This document shows positions 21,691 through 30,805 of a stretch of DNA of 64,000 bases, piece after piece. A program made the position numbers and the translations under genes. The notes beneath the pieces are model-generated. The model was not told the DNA's origin, did not search any database, and worked only from the letters and a program-made list of their open reading frames with translations. The stretch's first letter is position 1. Every line of letters starts with the position of its first letter. Location: positions 5,432-69,431 of the forward strand of contig CAVVLG010000003.1 in the NCBI GenBank assembly GCA_963749085.1, read 5' to 3'. The DNA is from Candidatus Adlerbacteria bacterium. GTDB taxonomy: Bacteria; Patescibacteriota; Minisyncoccia; Phycocordibacterales; SBAW01.

Positions 21691-23181
21691 ATGCCTGAGG
21701 AGAACAGCAGCGTTAAATGGATCGTACTCGCGACGGTCATTTTCGGAACCTTCCTCGGGAGGCTGGATCAGACCGTCGTTAACTTGGCGCTTCCGAAAAT
21801 AATTGGCGATTTCAATATCAGCGTGACGGACGCCGCATGGATAGGGACGGCCTACATTTTGGCCAACGCCGTGTTCGTTCCCGTGTGGGGAAAGCTCGGC
21901 GACACCGCGGGTCGCAAGCGCATTTATCTCATCGGCTTCATAGGATTTACGATAGCGTCGGGGCTGTGCGCAATCGCCTGGAACCTGAGCTCGATGATCG
22001 TGTTTCGCGTCATTCAAGGATTCGCGGTTTCTGCGGATTATCCGACCGCCATGGCGATAATCACGATAACCTTTACCGAGGCAAAGCAACGCGCCCAGGC
22101 GCTCGGCATTTGGTCGGGGGCGTTCGCCGTCGCGGCCGTATTTGGGCCGCTCATCGGGGGCCCGCTCATCGACAATTTCAGCTGGCGGTCGGTGTTCTTT
22201 ATTAATATTCCGCTTGGTATCATCGGCCTCCTCTTGGCGTTTACATTCGTGAACGAGTCGGTCGGCGAGAAAAGGAACGTCAAATTCGACTGGTGGGGGT
22301 CGCTTACTTTGGGTGCCGCGCTCGCCACCCTCGTGTTGGTGCTCGACCAAGGACAAACCTGGGGCTGGACCTCAACCCCGAGCCTCTTGTGCTATATCGG
22401 CACCATTATCTTCGCTCTTATCTTTTACTACGTGGAGCTTTATCAAGCGGAGCCAATTGTGAATCTCGATTTCTTCAAAATACCCACGTTCGTCTACACG
22501 ATGCTCAATAATTTTATCGTCTTCATGGCCCTTATCGGCGCCATATTCCTTATCCCGCTCTTCGCGGAAAACTTCCTGGGCTACAGCGCAACCCAAACCG
22601 GTTATCTGTTTATTCCGCTCGCGATTGCACTCATGATTGCGGCGCCCTTGGGTGGGCGGCTCATCGGCAAAGTAAAACCCGGCTACGTGATATTCCTGAG
22701 CACCTTTTTCTCCGGGGTCGGTATATTTTTGCTTTCCTACATAGATCCGCGTTGGGCGGCGATAGACATCATCATTCCCATGTGCATTATGGCTTTTAGC
22801 CTCGGGTTCGGCATGGCCCAGCGAACCAACCTTATCGCTATCGCCGTTCCACAAAAAGATATCGGCGAGGCTTCCGCGGTGTTGGCGTTGGTGCGCAATA
22901 TCTCCGGCGCTTTCGGCCTTGCGATATTCAGCACCTTGCTTACCAATTCCATAAACTCCAACGTCCTTGCCACTGCCCAGCACAGCATTCTCAATGTGGT
23001 GACCCCGCAGAATCTCCAGACGTTTATCGGACTCATCGAGCTGAAAGCTCAGGTCGCCTCCTACGGCCTCGTGTTTGAGGTGGCCGCCCTTATGGTTATG
23101 ATCGGTTCTTTTACCGCCCTTCTTATCACTGTCCCGCACGACGCGATAACCCATGAGCACCATGTAATCGCGGAAGGTTGA
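21691..23181 (+). CDS. MFS drug efflux transporter, DHA2 (EmrB/QacA-like, 14 TMS)
   Basis: LDQTVVNLALPKI start and GKLGDTAGRKRIYLIGF motif. Start taken at MPEENSS; the upstream part of the listed ORF overlaps the preceding gene. Confidence 0.85.
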   Translation: MPEENSSVKWIVLATVIFGTFLGRLDQTVVNLALPKIIGDFNISVTDAAWIGTAYILANAVFVPVWGKLGDTAGRKRIYLIGFIGFTIASGLCAIAWNLSSMIVFRVIQGFAVSADYPTAMAIITITFTEAKQRAQALGIWSGAFAVAAVFGPLIGGPLIDNFSWRSVFFINIPLGIIGLLLAFTFVNESVGEKRNVKFDWWGSLTLGAALATLVLVLDQGQTWGWTSTPSLLCYIGTIIFALIFYYVELYQAEPIVNLDFFKIPTFVYTMLNNFIVFMALIGAIFLIPLFAENFLGYSATQTGYLFIPLAIALMIAAPLGGRLIGKVKPGYVIFLSTFFSGVGIFLLSYIDPRWAAIDIIIPMCIMAFSLGFGMAQRTNLIAIAVPQKDIGEASAVLALVRNISGAFGLAIFSTLLTNSINSNVLATAQHSILNVVTPQNLQTFIGLIELKAQVASYGLVFEVAALMVMIGSFTALLITVPHDAITHEHHVIAEG

Positions 23182-23238
23182 CAGAGCGCTGTTAAAAAAG
23201 AATACTTTGGAGCAGACGCGTAACAAGGGGTACCGGCA

Positions 23239-23658
23239 ATGGGCAAGAGGACCGAACACGCTTTCGTCTATCTTGAGAATAGCGAGGGAAGACTCCTCTT
23301 GGTAAAGACCAAAAAAGGAGAATGGGGTCTTCCGGGTGGAGAGGTCGAGGACGAGGAAGATCCTCGCGACGCCGCAATACGGGAACTTGAAGAGGAAACC
23401 GGTATTGATGGGTGGATAGTGGATTTTGTCGGGGTATATCCAGCGCCTTATCGCAACGATACAACGTATGTGTACACTGCAAAAACAAAAAACTTCACCC
23501 TCAAAGAACCGGGGGATGAAATAGTGGAGTCGGGATTCTTTCCCAAGACTTCACTCCCCCAGCCCAGATCGGCGAGCGCGAATATTCGACTTCAGGATGC
23601 CTTACAACGGAAGCGGGGTATACATCGGGTCATTATAAAACCGGGAGTGGAGGGTTAG
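23239..23658 (+). CDS. NUDIX hydrolase
   Basis: Nudix box GGEVEDEEDPRDAAIRELEEETGI. Confidence 0.8.
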   Translation: MGKRTEHAFVYLENSEGRLLLVKTKKGEWGLPGGEVEDEEDPRDAAIRELEEETGIDGWIVDFVGVYPAPYRNDTTYVYTAKTKNFTLKEPGDEIVESGFFPKTSLPQPRSASANIRLQDALQRKRGIHRVIIKPGVEG

Positions 23659-23685
23659 GAGGTCGCGCGTTGTGCGGCCTCTTTT

Positions 23686-24513
23686 TTAATAGATCCACCT
23701 TGAGAGCAAATAGACGAGGAAGGTTATGGTGGTGATGAAGAAGCTCACCGGATACGGAAGATAGAAGGAGATAAAAAGTCCTACCCAGGTGGCGAAGAGG
23801 GCGACCGCTATCGCTATGACTATCCCCTGCACGGGGCGGCGAGCTACCCGCTGAGCTATCGCCGCGGGAGTAACCATGAGCGCGAATATGAGAAGTACGC
23901 CGACGACTTGTACCGCAATTGAGGTTGCGACTGCTACGAGAAGCATGAAGGCGAGCCCGATCCAGAAAATGGAGATGCCTTTCGCTTCCGCGACATCCTC
24001 ATCAAGAGACGTGAAAAGAAGAGGACGATACAGAGCGGCCGTGACTGCCAGAAGCAGGAGTCCCGCGATAAGCGTCACCCACACGTCGCCGCTGCTGATG
24101 CCCAATATTTCGCCGAACAGAATCGAGTAGGCTTCGGTGGCGTAGCCGGAGTAGAGGCTTATAAAAAGAACGCCGAGACCAAGCATGAATGCCAGCACGG
24201 TGCCTATCTGCACGTCGCGACTGGCCGCCTTGCGACCAAGTGTTGCCATGGCGATACCTCCCCCGCAGGTAAATACCAGAAGTCCGATAATGGGGCTGAG
24301 TCCAAAGAGAACCGCTCCGGCGGCCCCCGCAAAACCGATATGTGAGAGCGCGTGCGCGGCAAAAGAAGAGCGGCGCAGAACAACAAAGTAGCCGACGATG
24401 CCGGCGACAATGGCGACTATGGTACCCGCTTCAAATGCGTGCACCATAAAATCGTACTGCAGCATGTTCTGCAAATCGCTCAGGATATTGAAACTGAAGA
24501 GCGTGCTATTCAT
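23686..24513 (-). CDS. znuB: metal (Zn/Mn) ABC transporter permease, ABC-3 family
   Basis: Eight or so transmembrane helices with an ABC-3 fold. Overlaps the ATPase gene by 8 nt. Confidence 0.8.
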   Translation of the reverse strand: MNSTLFSFNILSDLQNMLQYDFMVHAFEAGTIVAIVAGIVGYFVVLRRSSFAAHALSHIGFAGAAGAVLFGLSPIIGLLVFTCGGGIAMATLGRKAASRDVQIGTVLAFMLGLGVLFISLYSGYATEAYSILFGEILGISSGDVWVTLIAGLLLLAVTAALYRPLLFTSLDEDVAEAKGISIFWIGLAFMLLVAVATSIAVQVVGVLLIFALMVTPAAIAQRVARRPVQGIVIAIAVALFATWVGLFISFYLPYPVSFFITTITFLVYLLSRWIY

Positions 24514-25291
24514 GATGAGTAGAATCTTCCGTACCGATGATAGCTATCCTTCCCTTTGAATCGCGCAGCACTTCAACCGGCGTGTCATACAAACGGCTCA
24601 GCGATTCCGAGGTCAGCACTTCGTGTGGCTTCCCCGTAGCGATGCGGCCGTTTGCCACGTACATGACCCGGTCGAGCACCGGAAGCAAAGGATTTATGTT
24701 GTGGGCGATAAGGAGCACGGTGACGCCGTGCGAGCGCACGACGTCATTAATGAGTTGCACGAAATCCGACTCCCGCCGTAAGTCAAGGTTGGCGAGCGGC
24801 TCGTCCAAGAGAAGTATGTCGGGTTTACCAACCAATGCCTGGGCGAGAAATATACGCTGCAACTCTCCACCTGAGAGAACACCAAGCGGGCGGTGCGCTA
24901 GTTCTTCCGCGCCGACTGTCTTCAGCGCCTTGAGTGCATGCGTTTGCGCCTCATCAGAGGTCCCTATTCCCCATTTCGTCCCATCAAATCCCAAGCGTAC
25001 CAATTCAAGCGCTTCAATAGTCGTCTCGCTGTCGATGTAATGACGTTGCGGCACGTATCCTATGCGCGGATTACCGCGAGCCGGCGTGTTGCCAAATAGC
25101 GAAAGAGACCCTGCGAGCGGCTGAGCCAATCCTAACAGCAGACGAAATAGCGTCGTTTTGCCGGTGCCGTTGGGACCGAGTACCGCGACGAACTCACCCT
25201 TCTGTATGGAGAAAGTTGCGTCTTTCCAGACTGTTTTTCCGCCGTATCCTCCCGAGAGGTTCTCCGCGGCAATGACTGTATGTTCCATCAA
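24506..25291 (-). CDS. znuC: metal ABC transporter ATP-binding protein
   Basis: Walker A GPNGTGKTT, signature LSGGELQR, Walker B LLLDEP. Confidence 0.85.
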   Translation of the reverse strand: MMEHTVIAAENLSGGYGGKTVWKDATFSIQKGEFVAVLGPNGTGKTTLFRLLLGLAQPLAGSLSLFGNTPARGNPRIGYVPQRHYIDSETTIEALELVRLGFDGTKWGIGTSDEAQTHALKALKTVGAEELAHRPLGVLSGGELQRIFLAQALVGKPDILLLDEPLANLDLRRESDFVQLINDVVRSHGVTVLLIAHNINPLLPVLDRVMYVANGRIATGKPHEVLTSESLSRLYDTPVEVLRDSKGRIAIIGTEDSTHHE

Positions 25292-26233
25292 TTATTGTCC
25301 CAGCGCCTGTGCATTGAGCGCGTTTTGGAGGTCAATGAGTTCGGCGTTCATCCATTCCTGGAATGTCGCATCCGGGGGCTGAATGGTTTCGGTAACGCCA
25401 ATGACCGGAATACCCTCCTGTGCCGCGAGCGCTTTCATGCTTTCCGTCAGCGGCGTAACGGTCTGCTCATTGTATACCAGTACTTTCACCTGCCCGCTTT
25501 TGAGCTGATTTTCGAATTGAACGATGCTCGCAGCGGGCGGATCGTTTCCTTCCGCGACGGCATCGATAAAAGCAGGCGGGGAGACCAGATTGAGTCCCGC
25601 AGCATTAGCTAAATACATGAAGATGGATTCGGTCGAAGCGACCTCGGTGCCCCCGAATTGCTGCTTTATCGCCGCGATGCGTCCCTGGTATTCGGCCAAA
25701 TTAGACTGCAATGTCGCATAATTTTGGCGATAATATGCGGCATCAGCCGGATCCAGCGCGATAAGGTCGCTCTCCATTTGGGCTATCGCCTGATTGACGT
25801 AGGCGGGGTTGTACCACAGATGCGGATTGCCGCCGTCCGGGACTCCAACGAGATTAGCTACGTTGAGCACTTTTCGATTTGGATTGCTGCTGCCGGCGCT
25901 GAGGAGCTTATCGGCCCAGGTGTCGTAGCCTGCGCCGTTTTCAATGACGTAATCGGCTGTCGCGATAGCGCGGGCGTCCGCAGCGTTGCTTTCATATTCA
26001 TGCGGATCGGCGTTTGGGTCCGACACAATACTGAGAACTTGCACATGCGAACCCCCTATTTGGGAGACCAGACTGCCCCAAAAATTTTCCGCCGCCACGA
26101 CCTGCAATACGTTTCCCGAAGAAGACGTGGCGGTGCTGCTGGGAGCAGGGTTACGGCTGAGGAAAAAAAAACCACCTCCGACGATAATGATGATAACGAG
26201 AATCCCGATTAACCAATTTTTATTCATATGCAT
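25292..26233 (-). CDS. znuA: metal ABC transporter substrate-binding protein (ZnuA/TroA-like)
   Basis: Membrane anchor and cluster-9 SBP fold with His-containing metal site regions. Confidence 0.8.
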   Translation of the reverse strand: MHMNKNWLIGILVIIIIVGGGFFFLSRNPAPSSTATSSSGNVLQVVAAENFWGSLVSQIGGSHVQVLSIVSDPNADPHEYESNAADARAIATADYVIENGAGYDTWADKLLSAGSSNPNRKVLNVANLVGVPDGGNPHLWYNPAYVNQAIAQMESDLIALDPADAAYYRQNYATLQSNLAEYQGRIAAIKQQFGGTEVASTESIFMYLANAAGLNLVSPPAFIDAVAEGNDPPAASIVQFENQLKSGQVKVLVYNEQTVTPLTESMKALAAQEGIPVIGVTETIQPPDATFQEWMNAELIDLQNALNAQALGQ

Positions 26234-26644
26234 TTAAGAGCACCTGGCGCACAGGCCGAAGAGCTCCATTGAATGACTGCTAACGGTTTTAAACGAGCTT
26301 GATTTTGTGGTTACTTTTTTGACCACTGACTCGCAGAACGCATCCGAGAAATCTTCCATGGTGCCGCAGTCGGTACATATGACGTGATGGTGATGTTTTT
26401 TTCCTGCGTATTCATACTGTACGCCGCCCTGGCGCAAATCAACGCGGGTGACAATTCCCTGCTTCGAGAGACTCTCAAGCGCACGGTACAGAGTTACTTG
26501 GTCGAGTAAGTCTCTCCCCGCGCGCTTAAGAATATCCCGAATACTTAAGGGTTTCCCGGCGTCTTTGAGAATTTGGAGCAATCGAAGACGCCCCGGCGTT
26601 ATCCGATAGCCCTTCTCTCTGAGAATGTTGCTGAGGTCCTCCAT
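26234..26644 (-). CDS. zur: Fur-family metalloregulator (probably Zur)
   Basis: ITPGRLRLLQIL HTH and HHHHVICTDCG...CARC metal sites. It is the first gene of the znu operon. Confidence 0.8.
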   Translation of the reverse strand: MEDLSNILREKGYRITPGRLRLLQILKDAGKPLSIRDILKRAGRDLLDQVTLYRALESLSKQGIVTRVDLRQGGVQYEYAGKKHHHHVICTDCGTMEDFSDAFCESVVKKVTTKSSSFKTVSSHSMELFGLCARCS

Positions 26645-26663
26645 GCCTCTATGCTACACTAAC

Positions 26664-26676
26664 GCAAATTATTTGC
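26664..26676. promoter_or_regulatory. perfect palindrome GCAAAT-T-ATTTGC in the zur / ATPase divergent intergenic region; candidate Zur/Fur box
   Basis: 13-bp inverted repeat ~20 nt upstream of zur and ~35 nt upstream of the divergent ATPase gene. Confidence 0.4.
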
Positions 26677-26710
26677 AATAGTCTTTTATATGAGTTAAGC
26701 TGCCCTATAT

Positions 26711-27385
26711 ATGAAACTGGCATTTCTGGGTAAAGGCGGATCGGGTAAGTCGACTATGGCGACGGCGGTTGTGCGGCAGCTTCGCATGCGCGAGGTGCGG
26801 GTCCTTGCCATAGACGCCGATCACAATATGGATCTCTCCTACAATCTGGGAGCGGAACCTTCTCTCTTCCTGGGAAGCGATCCAGACCGCATAAAAGAAT
26901 ACGTGGGGTCCGCGCGGGTCGGTACGTACGGGGACGCACTAAAGGTAGGAAAAGAAAAGCATATCTCTTTTACTCTTTCTCCAGCCGACGAGTTTACCCG
27001 AAGCGTATCCATTGAGTTGGAGGATGGTCTGCGACTCATGACTGCGGGACCGCATACTGACCGGGTGCGCACCCAAGAAGCATGCAGTCACTCTTTGGCT
27101 GCTCCTCTCAAAGTGTATTTACCTCTCCTTAAACTCAAACAAAATGAAGCGGTAGTTATAGATGAACGTGCAGGAACTGATCCGGTTGCTACCGGCATCC
27201 TTTCCGGTGTTGATTTGGCAGTCATAGTCCAAGAACCAACCATAAACAGCCGGCGCGTGGCTGGGCAGATACGGCGCGAGCTGGAATTGGCCGGAGTAAG
27301 GCACATCATCGTGGACAACAAAGAGGCGGGCGTGGAAGCCGATACTGCGCGAGCGACGGAAGCGATTTTCACGCACGCGTTGTAG
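26711..27385 (+). CDS. MinD/ParA/CooC-like deviant Walker-A P-loop ATPase
   Basis: MKLAFLGKGGSGKST N-terminus of CooC/MinD type. Confidence 0.7.
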   Translation: MKLAFLGKGGSGKSTMATAVVRQLRMREVRVLAIDADHNMDLSYNLGAEPSLFLGSDPDRIKEYVGSARVGTYGDALKVGKEKHISFTLSPADEFTRSVSIELEDGLRLMTAGPHTDRVRTQEACSHSLAAPLKVYLPLLKLKQNEAVVIDERAGTDPVATGILSGVDLAVIVQEPTINSRRVAGQIRRELELAGVRHIIVDNKEAGVEADTARATEAIFTHAL

Positions 27386-27467
27386 ATGCTGTTAGCGTGC
27401 CCTCCGAAATATATGGCGGAGGGCACGCTGGCAAGATCGCCAGCGATTGTTCTTTAGGAGAAAAATC

Positions 27468-27839
27468 ATGTCGTTTCCTTCGGTAACGCGGCACGTCGCG
27501 CAAGGCAAAACCGGTTTCGAGGCACTCCTTGCCGCAGTAAAGGAAGACTGTCCCGAGGCGATGGAATATCTGCATCGCAAGGCGCATCAGGCAAAGGATT
27601 CCGGCCAGCCGGTGCTGTGGAGCGAGGATCCGAATTCCAGGCTCGGCAAGCAGCTCATCCGTATCCACGCTTCGGACGCCGTGCGCCCTCTCGTGCAAGA
27701 GCATGTCTGCCACAACATGGAACTCACGTTCGTGAACTGTTGCAGCGGACAGGTCGGCGGAAAAAAGAAAGACCCATTGGAACTCGTGCAGTTCCAGATC
27801 GAGTGCCAGGCCGGCCCTATCGCCTACGCCGATTGTTAG
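27468..27839 (+). CDS. Cys-containing hypothetical protein
   Basis: About 123 aa with scattered Cys/His (CPEAM, HVCHNM, NCCSG, IECQ, YADC). Start taken at MSFPSV. Confidence 0.4.
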   Translation: MSFPSVTRHVAQGKTGFEALLAAVKEDCPEAMEYLHRKAHQAKDSGQPVLWSEDPNSRLGKQLIRIHASDAVRPLVQEHVCHNMELTFVNCCSGQVGGKKKDPLELVQFQIECQAGPIAYADC

Positions 27840-28984
27840 TGCTTGTGCGAATGCCCCTCTCCTTCTTGGCGGGGGGTTCTTTCTTTTCCGTAGAGTATAT
27901 ACACGGCTACCAGCGTAGTTATCGGCACCGCCAAAATGAGACCAATCGACCCTATCATCGTGCGGATGATTTCGGTCGCGAACAATTCCTGATTGATGGT
28001 CACGGTCAGGGATTGCTCCGAGGTGAGTTTGAATAACAAAAGTAATGGGAGCGAAGCGCCGACGTAGGCTATCGCGAGCGTGTTGACGAGGGCCCCTATA
28101 TGCTCGCGCCCGATGCGCAGTCCCCGTTTCGTCACCTCGGCACGCGTGAGATGTTTTCCTACCATGTAGAGCTCCTCAATAGCGACCGCCTGGCTTATCG
28201 CCGCGTCATAGAGAACGCCGAGGAGACCTATCATCAGACTCCCCAGAAGGACGCTCACCAGATTGATGCTGCCGTTGGTGTCGAAACTGAGATCCGACGC
28301 TTCCTCGGTGGAGAAGCCCGTGAACTGCCCGTAATGGACCGCGCCCCAGGCCAAAGCGCCGGTGATGAGTATGGTGATGAGCATGCCGATGACCGCCGCA
28401 GTGGTGATTTTGTTAAATCCGTGCGTGATGTAGGAGCCGACGACGATAATGAGGGAAGAGGCGCCGAGGCTGAGGAGAACCGGCGAATAACCGGCTAAAA
28501 TGCCAGGGAGCAGCACGTAGCCGATAAAGAAAAAACTGGCGATGAGCCCGAGTAATGCGCGTATCCCTTGCTTGCCGCCGAATATAAAAAGACAGGCGAT
28601 GAAAAGTCCGACGAAAAATTCCAAGACCGGGATGCGGTAGGGCTCCCCCACCGAATAGGTGTCAACGCCACTTAGGGTATCAACTTCGTGTCGCAGATAA
28701 AACACGTCGCCCGGCTTCATAAGGAGGAAATCGTTGTCGACGGTGAGGACTTCGCCCACCGCAGCTCCCTCCAAAATCTCCACTTTTATCGTCTGATAAT
28801 TCTCGGGGGTGGCGGTACCCGGGATTTGCTCGACTTGGGAGCTTAATACCTGGAGCACCTTCGCTTTAACATACGTTACGGTGTCAGGTACCGGAGTCTG
28901 CGCATGCGCCAGAGGTGCGGAGACAAAGAGCGTTGCTACAAGCGCCGTCGAAAGTAAAAAGGCTCGCATCAAGATATGATACAA
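27836..28984 (-). CDS. YibE/F-like multi-pass membrane protein
   Basis: Signal peptide, ~120-aa extracytoplasmic domain, then ~8 transmembrane helices rich in G/A/I/L. Confidence 0.55.
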   Translation of the reverse strand: MYHILMRAFLLSTALVATLFVSAPLAHAQTPVPDTVTYVKAKVLQVLSSQVEQIPGTATPENYQTIKVEILEGAAVGEVLTVDNDFLLMKPGDVFYLRHEVDTLSGVDTYSVGEPYRIPVLEFFVGLFIACLFIFGGKQGIRALLGLIASFFFIGYVLLPGILAGYSPVLLSLGASSLIIVVGSYITHGFNKITTAAVIGMLITILITGALAWGAVHYGQFTGFSTEEASDLSFDTNGSINLVSVLLGSLMIGLLGVLYDAAISQAVAIEELYMVGKHLTRAEVTKRGLRIGREHIGALVNTLAIAYVGASLPLLLLFKLTSEQSLTVTINQELFATEIIRTMIGSIGLILAVPITTLVAVYILYGKERTPRQEGEGHSHKH

Positions 28985-29012
28985 GCCTTTCTACGTTTAA
29001 ACCAATGAAGTC

Positions 29013-29414
29013 TTAATCGTGCTCAAACACAGAGACCAAACGGTACGTGCCCGAACCCGCAAGCGCCAAGCCGAAGGAGAGTACCATGAGCAGGAACTCG
29101 AGCTCGTGCGCGCTCCAGCCGCGTCCGAGTCCCGTGATGAATATCGCGACCAGCATTTCGATGCCGAGCACGACACCCGCCACCCGCGTTCCGATGCCGA
29201 AGATAAACATAATGCCTCCTACTATCTCGATTATGGCGAGAAAGGTGGTGAGCTCCGGCGGAAAGCCAAAACCCCTCTGAAACATCATCTGCGTCATGGA
29301 CAGACTCTGCCATTTCATGAGCCCGTGGGCGAAGAAGACCGCGCCCGTGCCGATGCGAATAAGGAGGAGCCCGAGGGAGCGTCTATACCAATATCTGCTC
29401 ATGCGCTGAAACAT
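29013..29414 (-). CDS. DoxX family membrane protein
   Basis: Four transmembrane helices, LLIRIGTGAVFFAHGLMK motif. Confidence 0.75.
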   Translation of the reverse strand: MFQRMSRYWYRRSLGLLLIRIGTGAVFFAHGLMKWQSLSMTQMMFQRGFGFPPELTTFLAIIEIVGGIMFIFGIGTRVAGVVLGIEMLVAIFITGLGRGWSAHELEFLLMVLSFGLALAGSGTYRLVSVFEHD

Positions 29415-29507
29415 ACGTACGTCTATAAGTTACTGATAGTACTCATCAGTATATAACACAACACCCCGCCATAGGCGGGGTGTTGTGGAGAAAATCGCGG
29501 AGGAAAA

Positions 29508-30380
29508 TTACGGGGTGACCGTCGTAGTCGAGGAGGCCGAGGCACTCGTGTTTGCCGAGAAGCCCTCAAGTCCGTTGACGATAATCGTTATATCCTTGCG
29601 TGCAGCCTGCAAATCGGCCGTTGCTGTCTGAAGGTCGGCGCGTGCCGCTTTAAGAGCCGCCTCGTTGCTGGCCATAACGCTGGCAACACCATTGTCCGGC
29701 TGGAGCGACGCGGTAGTACTTACCGAAGCCTGCGCTTCGGTTTGTGCATTAGTCATCTGAGTACTCATGTCGGTGAGCGCGGCGGCTTCTACGGTGATGT
29801 TATCGCCCGCTGCGGAATCTGTCTGAATGAGCGTCTGGAGTTTGCTGCCCAAGGTCGACATCATGCCGACGATGGTAACAATGCGATCGGCCGATGCGGC
29901 GATGCGGCCCTGCGGGAGGATAAGCGCGTAGACGCGGTAAGAAACCGTAATCGAGTGAATATCGGTCTTGAGCGACGCCAACGTGGTATCGGCATCAATA
30001 GTCGACTGAAGCGCGGTAAGTACGTTTATTTCGTTTTCTATCGTACCGGAGAGACTCGCCTTAAAGCTCGCCGTAACACTCTGCATCGCCTGAACGCGAG
30101 TGTTGAGAGCGGTAAGAGCCGTAATGCGGCGTTGTATTTCCGTGTTGGCACGGGTGACTGCCGCTTGTTCACCGGCGGTGAGCGTCACTGAGGTGTTGGT
30201 ATTGGCGGTGACTCCAGCCGAAGTGCCGGAAGATCCCGTGCTACCCGTAGCGCCGGTGGTGACCGTTGCCGAGGCTCCGAGACCGGCGGTGACGCCAGTC
30301 TGCGCGAGAGCAAGAGCGGGAGGCACGGCGAGAAGACCTGCGAGGGTAACGGCAAGAGCAATATTTTTTGTCTGTGTCAT
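29508..30380 (-). CDS. secreted Ala/Thr/Ser-rich coiled-coil protein, hypothetical
   Basis: Signal peptide with ALALAQT cleavage region. Low-complexity sequence with heptad-like repeats. Confidence 0.5.
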   Translation of the reverse strand: MTQTKNIALAVTLAGLLAVPPALALAQTGVTAGLGASATVTTGATGSTGSSGTSAGVTANTNTSVTLTAGEQAAVTRANTEIQRRITALTALNTRVQAMQSVTASFKASLSGTIENEINVLTALQSTIDADTTLASLKTDIHSITVSYRVYALILPQGRIAASADRIVTIVGMMSTLGSKLQTLIQTDSAAGDNITVEAAALTDMSTQMTNAQTEAQASVSTTASLQPDNGVASVMASNEAALKAARADLQTATADLQAARKDITIIVNGLEGFSANTSASASSTTTVTP

Positions 30381-30410
30381 GGTGTTGTGGTGTTGTGGTT
30401 AACGAGTAAT

Positions 30411-30713
30411 TTAATACGACTGCTGTACAGGCTGATCATTAAGGCTCGAGTCGACGTTCGCATTGTCAGAGTTAAGTCCCTGCATCTGCGAGTCTATGGC
30501 TGCCGTGTCCTGGCTTATGCCCGCGGCCGACGTGTCGGTGGAGGCACTCATGCCGTCAGCCTGGCCCGGGGTAGTGGCTTGCTGTGTCGTCGTTGCGGTA
30601 GTGCTTACTGCCTGCTGTGAGTTGCTGCCTCCAAGCCGACCGCTCCACCACAGGAGTCCCGCCGCGACCAAGACCACTACAACGATCCCTATAATCCATT
30701 TTGTCATATACAA
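30411..30713 (-). CDS. small membrane-anchored Ser/Thr/Gln-rich protein
   Basis: N-terminal transmembrane helix followed by low-complexity sequence. Confidence 0.45.
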   Translation of the reverse strand: MYMTKWIIGIVVVVLVAAGLLWWSGRLGGSNSQQAVSTTATTTQQATTPGQADGMSASTDTSAAGISQDTAAIDSQMQGLNSDNANVDSSLNDQPVQQSY

Positions 30714-30805
30714 GTAAAATTAAATGTAAACTGCTAAAAAAGTACTTAGACAGTATACCCCACTGCTTTATGACGTCTATAAAGGGCTCCTCTTACAACT
30801 CTTTT

